From Octopus sinensis (taxonomy: Eukaryota), in contig NC_043001.1 of the NCBI RefSeq assembly GCF_006345805.1, positions 7,502,001 through 7,566,000 of the forward strand: 64,000 nt of DNA. The letters run 5' to 3'. A model generated the notes under the pieces. It was not told where the DNA came from, ran no database searches, and saw nothing but the letters and a program-made list of their open reading frames with translations. Shown in pieces: positions 54,328-64,000 of this stretch; position 1 is the stretch's first letter; each line of letters opens with the position of its first letter. Position numbers and translations under genes: made by a program.

Positions 54328-54861
54328 CGGTTAGCTGATATCGGACGTTTGACTTGCTTGAAAGTCATAATAGTGAGTCGATAAGTATTATCAGGTTCGT
54401 ATCAAATCGGCAGCATTCGCAATCAGTTGCTGCACAGCAGAGTAAAATATATGGTTGTAATTACTAAAAGAATTTAAAAAATCGAACTTGGGTTCGTAGA
54501 GATACAAACATTCTTATCAGATATATATTTGGCGTAAAGTATTTTATTTCGACTCCAAACATATCAATTACCAGCAGTCAGAAATATTAAAATACAAGAA
54601 AAATTTCAATGTAATTGATAAAAGTGAATGTAACATTAAAAATTGCTTGTGTTTGAGGAAAAATTCAGAAGGTTAAGATATGACTCGGTTTCAGAGTTTC
54701 AGGTAAACAAATTATTGAAATACATAATCTCAGACATTATTTCAGTATTGTTTCTCTCTCCCCTCCTACACCTCTCTCTCTCTCTCTCTCTCTCTTCCAC
54801 TTTAGACACATACACGCACATATATATACACACACATATATATACATACATAAACGCACAT

Positions 54862-54896
<35 letters not shown>

Positions 54897-55544
54897 CATA
54901 CATACACACAAGTGCAAACGTGCACACACACACAAACACATATATATGAATACATACAAAAACACACACGTATATATATATAGTCTTACTCAAACATTCA
55001 TTCAAAATAAAGTTTTTCGATATATTTAGATGAAATATTCAATAACGTTTATGGTATTGTTAGTGAGGGAGATACTAATGCAAGAGGTGTTAAGTGAAGT
55101 TGGCTCGCTGTCAGACAGTTGTGCAAAATTAAATAACATTTTATTAATTTATAGAAATGTAATGTATTCACCTCAATAATTGAATTTATTAATTTGAAAA
55201 GTTGAAAAGGCCTTTGAATTGAGGTGGCAAACAGACATATTTTAAGTGGTTTTCAATATTAACTAAAGAACATTTACTGTTGGCGGACTCAATACAAAAC
55301 AGAAGATAAAATTTATTATAAATTTATCTTGGACTGGAATTTCAGATCTACCTAGGGCATATTTTTTTAATGTCTTGTTATATTTAAAAGATGATTTCCA
55401 GAGTCTGCACACAGAAATCACTTTCGGCTTGCACCACATCGCCGTGCTGATAAATGGGATGATAAATAGTTTGAAGGCCATCTGATAAATGATATGAAGG
55501 CCAGGAATTTCAGGGGGCGAGAGGTGAGTTTATTACATTTCCCT

Positions 55545-55770
55545 TGTTTCTTTATTACCCTCAAGGGGCTAAACATAGAGGGGACAAACAAGGACAGAAA
55601 AACGTATTAAGTCGATTTAATCGACCCCATTGCGTAACTGGTACTTAATTTATCGACCCCGAAAGGATGAAAAGCAAAGTCGACGTCGCTTGACATTGAA
55701 CCCAGACCGTAAAGACAGACGAAAACAATTTAAGCATTGTGTCCAGGGTACTAACGATTCTAACACATTG
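55545..55770 (-). mobile_element. SINE group A monomer (minus)
   Basis: Reverse complement of the group A unit and head. Confidence 0.8.
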
Positions 55771-55918
55771 CCAATTTGTCGATGGCTTTCAAATTTTGAA
55801 ATGGTATGGTCTGATTAACACATACCGTACAGTACGGCGGTGCTTCTCGAAATCCGAATTTAACGTTCTAGGAAAGAAATTATATAATGTAGAACCCAAT
55901 TCTATTTTAAAAAGTATG

Positions 55919-56153
55919 GCAGACTCGTGCTGGCAGACACGTTAGCGCGCCGGCCGAAATGCTTAGCGCTATTTCGTCTACCGTTGCGTTCTGAGTTCAA
56001 ATTCCGCCGAGGTCGACTTTGCCTTTCATCTTTTCGGGGTCGATAAATTAAGTACCAGTTTCGCACTTGGGGGTCGATGTAATCGACTTAATCCGGTTGT
56101 CTGTCCTTGTTTGTCCCCTCTATGTTTAGCCCCTTGTGGGCAATAAAGAAATA
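55919..56153 (+). mobile_element. SINE group A monomer with 16-bp TSD
   Basis: TSD TATTTTAAAAAGTATG (55903-55918) / TATTATAAAAAGTATG (56154-56169), 1 mismatch. Confidence 0.85.
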
Positions 56154-56680
56154 TATTATAAAAAGTATGATAAGGAACACCACATTTTTGGTAGAAACGG
56201 GTGGTCGAGGATATTACGAAGAGAAAATAACACATATTTCTATAATAATATCTGATGTAAATGTTGCTCGCTTAGTTGACTTATTTGTGAAGCCCTGCTT
56301 TATATAGTATTAGGAAAGTAAAAGACAGAGTGAAGGAGAGATAAAGTGTGCAATTTGACTGCACATACACGAATTGGATGCAGGAGAAGGTGAGGTAGAA
56401 AATTACAATGGATATGGTAAGAGCAATGCAAATGAGAAATACTTTCCATATAATTTTAAGGTAATAAATATAGTCCTCTTTAAAATTATTATTCACTTTG
56501 TGATCTGTAATATCAAGAATTTTGACAAAATTTACATCGTATGAATTTATATGTATAGATGCAATGTCGTCTGATATTACCCAAAGGGACAAATCTATTC
56601 GTCCATAATTGCCTGACATATGACTGGTGATTTGGGGAAGAATTCATTGATATATCTGAATAGTTGAAGTAAGAGTAAGG

Positions 56681-57055
56681 CGGTAAGCTTGCAGAACCGT
56701 TAGCACATCGGGCGAAATTCGTAGCCGTATTTCGTCTGCCATTACGTTCTGGGTTCAATTCCGCCGAGGTCGACTTTGCCTTTCATCCTTTCGTGGTCGA
56801 TAAATTGAGTACTAGTTACGCACTGGGGTCGATGTAATCGACTTAATCTGTTTGTCAGTCCTTCTTTGTCCCCTCTGTGTTTAGCCCCTTGAGGGTAGTA
56901 AAGAAATAGGTATTTCGTCTGTCTTTAGGTCTTGAGTTCAAATGCCATCGATGTTGACTTTTCCTTTTATTCTTTCGGGGTAACTAAATAAATACCCGCG
57001 AATCGATGTTATCAACTTACCTCTACACCTGAAATTCCTGTGCCCATATTTGAAA
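56681..57055 (+). mobile_element. SINE group A dimer (second unit diverged, alternative tail)
   Basis: Unit restarts at 56726 and 56909. Confidence 0.8.
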
Positions 57056-57469
57056 AGGAGAAATATAGTTAAATATTAACAAATTGAGTTTTAAAGAAAT
57101 TTCAATGTGAACTAACAAATAAGGGTTATGTAATTTTCTTATATCTACGTAGATATTTTGTCTCTTATGTGTCTAATCACTCTGTAATTACTCCTTTCCT
57201 TGAGTTAGGGGATACCTGTTATATGTATGTCAGTTTTGGTTTTATTGGTGAATTTTATTTCATGCAATATTTAAATAGTACCCAATTAAGAAATGCATAC
57301 TCAAAAATATACAACAAAACCTCTAATTGCTTTCAGGAATATTTTAAGTTTTGTAAAGGTGTATTAAATATGCACAAAAATCGTTTGTGTTAGAATGTCT
57401 GTAAATGTAATTAAAAACGTAAATGTGTGTATTATAGTACATGTGCGTTATGATTATTGTGGTAAAGCT

Positions 57470-57800
57470 GATCAGATGGAAGAATGGTTAGCAGTGCGGT
57501 CAAAATGCCTAGGCTTATTTCGTCCGTATTTTACTCAAGAGTTCAAATTCTACCGAAGTCGATTTCGCCTTTCATCCTTTCATGGTCAAAAACGATAAGT
57601 ACTATTCGAACATTGGTGTCGATGTAAACGACTAATTCCCCCAGACCCGATATTATTGGCCTCGTGTCAACTTTGAAATCATTATTAGTTATCTCGTGTC
57701 GAAGTTCAAATTCTGCTGAAGATGACTTTGCCGTCTATTCAACTGGAATCAATAAAGTAAGTGTCAGGTGATCACTGAGCCTGAAGCAATCGACGAACGC
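57470..57800 (+). mobile_element. Old SINE group A fragments
   Basis: GAGTTCAAATTCTACCGAAGTCGATTTCGCCTTTCATCC and a second similar stretch at ~57700. Confidence 0.6.
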
Positions 57801-57945
57801 CGCCTCTCTATATTCCAGGCCTTGGGCCGAGAATAGAGAGCATTATCAATGACTGTGCACTTTTAGTAAAATGGAAATATATGGAAAATTTGCTGAGTGA
57901 TTGAAACTTTAATCGTAAGTGTGATCCAGGTATATATTGTTTTGG

Positions 57946-58280
57946 TACAGGTAAGGTAAAAGGCTAAAGACCCCCATCGGTCATGAACGGCCATGGGATT
58001 GCACTTAAGAAAGTATACTCTAAGTCACAAGTCCCAGCAGGGTTGATTGCAGAAGGCCAGCAGTCCCCCGTCCAAACCAGCTTCCTCTCTCGACGCCACC
58101 TAGGTTAGCCAAAGCAAAGGGGCCGATATATCTTGGCACCAGTGACATTACAACTCATTTCTACTACTGAATGAACTAGAGCAACGTGTAATATAGTGTC
58201 TAGCTGAAGAAAACATCACACAGCTCGATCCGGGTATCGAACTCACTACCCCATGATTGTGGACCCGCCCTCTTACTGAT
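57946..58280 (-). mobile_element. SINE with group B-like head and a different tail ending in (TTACC)-like repeats
   Basis: Plus strand GAACTAGAGCAACGTG...CCGGGTATCGAACTC is the reverse complement of the B head/body; GGTAAGGTAAAAGG at the left end. Confidence 0.6.
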
Positions 58281-58478
58281 GCTTTAATATGCACTAAGTA
58301 CATAACTACTGTCTCTATACGATGATAACATTCCTCTAGAAAAAAAAATTTACTTATTGAATTGTAAATTATTTTAGTCTATACATAGATATTCTTTTTT
58401 TTTTACTTGTTTTAGTCATTCTGATTGCGGTCATGCTGGAGCAGCACCTTAATTGTGGATAACTTGATTTTAAAAACA

Positions 58479-58717
58479 TTGGGTTGGTGCATAATTAATG
58501 CGGTATTTTTCAGCAAATTTTATTGAACAAGTACAATAACAACATGTAACAAAATGATTATCCCGGAGCATATTCACCATCTACTTCAATTACTGCTTCC
58601 CATTTGCTTGGCAGACGGTCAGGCCGTCATTTAAAGAGGTTTTCGTTAAATGTTGTTACTGTTTTTGTTGAATAAAATATGCTGATAAGAAGCCGCAATA
58701 ATCATGCACCACCCTAA
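58479..58717 (-). mobile_element. Mariner-derived MITE / deletion derivative
   Basis: TIRs TTGGGTTGGTGCATAATTAATGCGG versus the reverse complement of CCGCAATAATCATGCACCACCCTAA (Hsmar1/MADE1-like); TA on the right, CA on the left; minus peptide DRLPSKWEAVIEVDGEY* matches the mariner transposase C-terminus. Confidence 0.85.
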
Positions 58718-60169
58718 TATATACAGTGTTACTATGTTTATCAGAATAAATTCGAGCGTCACCAATAATATTATCTCTACATTCGTATAGTTACATAATA
58801 CTATAACATTCTAACCTGTCCATTAATGGATGTGTCATCTTTCGATATACGCTTAGTAAAATTCTCAAGGAGAATCCTTTATGACAATATCAAACACTTG
58901 AAGTATGCGGAGAATACACCCGATGGGTATTGACATAATTTCCATCAACTCAATATAAATGACGAATTCTTTCTATTTTCCATTGTACAGAAATATGTGG
59001 AATATAATAGTAGGCACATTGATTTTAATCAATGCTTCTCAGTATCGATCTAGTTTAAGATATTTTATGGAAATACCATGTAGTAGCAGCTAGGGAGTTC
59101 ATTAGAGTTCATATCGAATAACAAGAGTTGACAGTGTGTAGGACCGAGAGAATAGCCTTCAGCTAATGTCAAGACTACGTCATCTCTTTATAATCTTTAC
59201 AATCATTTGGTGCAGTTGTACTATTTGTATTTAAATGATATTTATGTGAGAAGCGCACAAATATTATTTTTATTACAATATCAAATATATCAAATATTTT
59301 AGCTTTTAGAACTGAGTTCCAAGAAAGGACTCCAGACGGTCTTCATGCACAGAAAACCTACAATTAATCATTAAGCGGAGAATAGAGATTGAATAGCAGA
59401 GGGAAGATTATTAATAAATATCTCAAATAAATAAATAATAAAGTGTCATAATATCTTTCGAATTCAAAAGAAACAATTTATAGTTGAACAAACTACTTGT
59501 GAATAATTGTAGAATCGCATTGCATGAAACCATCGGCAGAGTTTTAGTAAATTATCATAAACCTCACACTGTAATTAATGATTTTATTATGCAGTCTAAA
59601 ATGCTGAAACTTGCATAACTTGTATGATTGTTAATAACAGTCTTTGTACTTTATTGCTAAAATACCACTGTCTAAAAACATAATCTTTTCTTTCCAGCCT
59701 TGTATGTCAATCTATAACTGTAATTTCGTTGGTCTTGACACAATTCCGTGTACAGCATTATGAAATGCTATTTGCGTTCCTGTATTATGCATATTTCTTT
59801 TCTTATAAGCCAATTTTATTTATATACATTTAAAAACTAATATTATCTTCCAGAACTATTCAGAATTTTGTATCACTACTATGTTTATTTTGGAAACCCC
59901 TAGCGGAAACAATCAAATGGGGGGTAATCAGGATTTTGACATATAGTAAGTAACTTCATTTATGAATTTTTATACATTAATCAACTATAAAGACATTAAT
60001 ATAATTAACTTTTAGAAATAAATCCTGAAATTTGCTACTTAATTTAATTAATTCTCACTTTGTGAAAGAAGACAAAAAAATATTTTGACATTTATGTTTG
60101 TTATAAATCACATCATAAGAACTTAGAAACCGAAAGGAAAATGAAGTAATTCGTTTCCAACGGTGAATA

Positions 60170-60730
60170 CCGAGATATATAAAGTATAACGTTTTCTACT
60201 ATAGGCAGCCTTGAAATTTGGTGTTGGAGCTAGTCCATCACATCGAAAATAGCGCTAATCAATTACTTATGTTATCGACACAGAAACATGAAAGGCAAAA
60301 TCGACCTCGGCGGTATTTGAACTGAGAATGTAATGATGGAAGGAATACAGTCAAATGGAGGGAATACCGTCAAATTTTCTCTCCTGGTATATAAATGTTA
60401 AATAATGGCGTATATATATATTACGTTAAAAACCATTTCGATAGAAAAGTTGAATGCTCGCCTTTAGTATCTAAAGTTTATACTTATTGTTTAGAGCGTT
60501 ACTTCTAGACCCGACGTTAGAAATTAATTGTATAAGATTGGTTTCAAATATTGGCACAAGGACAGTAATAAACTAGGAAGTTTGTAAGTCGATAACGACG
60601 ACCATGGTATGCAGTTGGTACATATTTCATCAACCCCCAAAACGATGAAAGACACAGTCGATCTCAGCAGAATTTGAAGTCATAATATAAAGACTGACAA
60701 ATAATTCCGGTAGGCATTTTGCAAGGAATC
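60170..60730 (-). mobile_element. Two old SINE group A copies (minus; ~60170-60380 and ~60540-60730)
   Basis: ATGAAAGGCAAAATCGACCTCGGCGGTATTTGAACT and GATGAAAGACACAGTCGATCTCAGCAGAATTTGAAG. Confidence 0.65.
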
Positions 60731-61848
60731 TTACCAACGAATCATCAAAACGCTGACTAATTATATATTGTTAATATACCTTTTTCCTTTTCTATTTTCT
60801 TATCAAAAGTTACAGCAGATATGATCCACCATGGATACCGAGCGAACTGAGAGCATTGAATGAATTATTCTAATTTATGTTTAGTTTCAGAAATGACATT
60901 AGTTGTTTAAGATGGAATAAACTTCGAGAATTTATGTCACCACTTCTGATGCTCTGTCTTTAATTTCAGTAATATTTTATTACTTTACTCCATCACTGTT
61001 AGAGTTTTAAATAAGGATCAAATTCAGGCACTTATCTCTGAGATTTACCGCATAATTATGCTGCGCCAATTAAAATTGTTTATGATCATTCAAAAACATA
61101 AGGTTACATTTAAAGGCACAACAACGGGGTAAATTTTATAATAAACTAGGAAGACTGAGTTAAGTAAAATATAGTTGTGAGAGACTAAGATTCAATTTCA
61201 CGAGTGAGGAAGCATTTTTAACACATTTACATTCTTCTCGAATCGTATTATTCGAAAGTGGTTCATTTTCGAATGGAAGCTTTTCACTGTTTTTTTACTC
61301 CGTTTTAGTTGGAGGTCATACTGGGGAAATATATTACAGTAAATAAATTTCCGCTTCATTTGTCTTATTTTTCCTGTACGTTTCTTAATGATGATGGAAT
61401 TCCTTTCCTATTATCCAATTACAAATGACCGCGGTTAGAATATCATTTTACCACTCGACCTACGAGGTTTCGGTCATTCATTTTACTTTATAAGTTGATG
61501 ACGAACTATTGCATACCGGTTTTTATTTTTTCACGAAAATAACATTTAAAATTTCACGAAATGCATACATGCATACAGTTGGATAAGATGAAAAAATAAG
61601 TTGAAATATGCTTTTTAGTGGAACAAGGACATAGATACGAATATGAAAGTCTTTATCGAGAGAGTTGATAATTAATTTAACATAATTAAAAATAGAAATC
61701 CTGTGAGTCTGAAACCTTTCTGTGAAAGCTTTCTCGCACCCAAAAGCTTATAAATTATATAGGGAATTACATCGTAGACATAAAATTTCAAACATTATAA
61801 AATGTGAAAACAGGCACATTACTACAATTTACTGCTGCCTTTCATAAG

Positions 61849-61978
61849 GACCTCCTGGAAACATTTATACATCTGATAAGTATGTCGTAAATCTCACAAG
61901 TGGAGGCGCAAATCTCAAGATTCAATACCATGCAAACTCACGAACGGACAGCATTGATGTCACTTCTGATGGATACAA
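61849..61978 (+). CDS. Candidate internal exon, possibly the first half of an Ig-like domain
   Basis: Phase-1 start after CTGCCTTTCATAAG (non-optimal AAG), AA|GTAAAT donor; open frame GPPGNIYTSDKYVVNLTSGGANLKIQYHANSRTDSIDVTSDGY loosely resembles Ig N-terminal strands. No convincing downstream exon found. Confidence 0.3.
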
Positions 61979-62358
61979 GTAAATTATGTTTACAACAATA
62001 CACATATATAGGAAGTATAAATGTTTGGCGTGTTTTCTTTCAATCTGAGGGGGTTGCTACAGTACAGGGAAGGAACTAGAAACGAATATATATCCGCATT
62101 GAAATTGAACAATGGTATTGCTCTCTTGGAAACGATGGTAACGGAAACAAAGATAAATAGGAATACCAAAATATTAAAAAGGAACGATATTGCAATGAAA
62201 TGCGTGAAGCCTTTCATCTTGCAAAATCTACGTAAATATCGGATTAGAAACTTCTAGACGAGTATATATTTAAGCACATATGTTTATCAAAAGACAGAGC
62301 ATTATATATATATATACATAATTAAATACACACATACATACATGCATACATACAAACA

Positions 62359-62392
<34 letters not shown>

Positions 62393-62414
62393 CACTGACA
62401 CATTCACACAGATT

Positions 62415-62500
<86 letters not shown>

Positions 62501-62989
62501 TTAATGTTATTATATATTAGGAACGGAAGCAACCTTTCGGAAAATATTTTCACAGTCAAATTAAAGGCGTTCTTAACAGCGTAGTGAAGTGTATTTAGTT
62601 GCGCAAATTGATTGTTCATTTTAAGACACTTGTTTCGTTTTTGTTGATAAGAAACATAAATTTACAATATACGTATTAAAGATCTGTATTTATGTAGGCG
62701 AATGATAATCGCCTGCAAATAGCGTAGGGCTTGTGAAGAAAGAGAAGTTAAATATGTTCCACATGAGTGTATACAGATCTATTTTTCTGCAAAGCAATCC
62801 TTGCATTTCATGGCAGAATGTAATTACAAGTATCGCAGGAAAGAGAAAAGAGAAAGCTGTTTCCATGGACATCTTTTCCAGCAGCAAGGGGAGATGCGTT
62901 AGCAAGTGTGACAGGAACATTGGGGCAGTTACACACAAATGCCAGAAGCATGAGACTACAGCTAATGGCGTATGTAATAGAGAAGAAAA

Positions 62990-63405
62990 AGGCGGCGAGC
63001 TGGCAGAATGGTTAGCACGCCGGGCGAAATGCTTTGTTGTATTTCGTCCGCCACTGCGTTCTGAGTTCAAATTCTGCAGTGGTCGACTTTGCTTTTCATC
63101 CTTTCAGGGTTGATGAATTAAGTACCAGTTACGCACTGGGGTCGATATAATCGACTTAATCCGTCTGTCTATCCTTGTTTGTCTCCTCTCTGTTTAGCCC
63201 CTTGTGGGTAGTAAAGAAATAGGTATTTCGTCCGCCGCTGCGTTCTGAGTTCAAACTCCGCAGGAGTCGACTTTGCTTTTCATCCTTTCAGGGTCGATGA
63301 ATTAAGTACCAGTTACGCACTGGTGTCGTTGTAATCGACTTAATCCTTTTATCTGTTCTTGTTTGTCCCCTCTATGTTTAGTCCCTTTTGGGCAATAAAG
63401 AGATG
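62990..63405 (+). mobile_element. SINE group A dimer
   Basis: Unit restarts at 63038 and 63222 (period 184). Confidence 0.88.
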
Positions 63406-63579
63406 AGAAATACTAACAAATGTTTCCAAACACTATCATACACACATGAAGTATACGTACATGCACACATTTAATATATGTTAGGGGGAGGGGGAAATGA
63501 ACAAAACAGCAATAAGCTCATATACGTAACTCTAGAATGTAGGGAGATTTAATGTTTGTGTACATAAGCTCACCCTGTC

Positions 63580-63765
63580 CATCAGATCGAAATTACCTGT
63601 ACACGTGCAATGGGGGCCACATGTCGGATGTCACAATGACAGTAGAACGATGAGAAATGAAGTGCTCGTCTGAAGAGCACAACGCAATACCCGATCTGAG
63701 AATCGAACCCACGATCTCGCAATTATGAGTGCAAAACCTTAAGCGCCTTCATCCATGCGCCTCCC
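63580..63765 (-). mobile_element. SINE group B-like head (minus), diverged
   Basis: GAGAATCGAACCCACGATC...CATGCGCCTCC is the reverse complement of the B head. Confidence 0.6.
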
Positions 63766-64000
63766 CCACACACACACGCACACACACATATAATGTTATA
63801 TATACACGCATATACATAAATGTGCATGTATGTGTATAAACGCATGTGTACGTATGAAATTATACACATAGGCATATGTGTAATTATGTTCTTAGCTACA
63901 AAATCTGATACACACATACACCTACACACACACATATATATATATATGTGTTCGTGTGTGTGTTTGTGTAGGGTAAAGAAAAAGCGAGCGACATACTTAC

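Noticed and set aside
61450-61490. Minus-strand GAAACC-UCGUA-GGUC with upstream AUGAAUGA
   Set aside because: Wrong core length, and no stem II or stem I.

Overview
AT-rich, microsatellite-dense eukaryotic DNA with no intact protein-coding gene. The SINE families and repeat landscape suggest an octopod cephalopod (inference; a BLAST search would settle it). Nearly all ORFs in the supplied track are artefacts of (TA)n/(CA)n/(ATT)n repeats. Recognisable content: three groups of tRNA-headed SINEs (called A, B, C here); CR1-like and R4/Dong-like LINE remnants; two Penelope-like element (PLE) protein remnants (GIY-YIG and N-terminal ORF); two mariner derivatives; one hAT derivative with an 8-bp TSD; one non-autonomous Helitron; and two weak candidate host exons. 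The most striking signal, which no ORF explains, is a set of at least 8 type-I hammerhead ribozyme motifs (intact to decayed) from about 5 short element families. On the ribozyme strand the cleavage site usually lies about 90 nt (range about 50-110) upstream of a (TA)n run. Several sit in fold-back inverted repeats, including a ~1.2-kb palindrome with a 1-nt centre and a ribozyme near each end. All folds were done by eye and need computational and biochemical confirmation.
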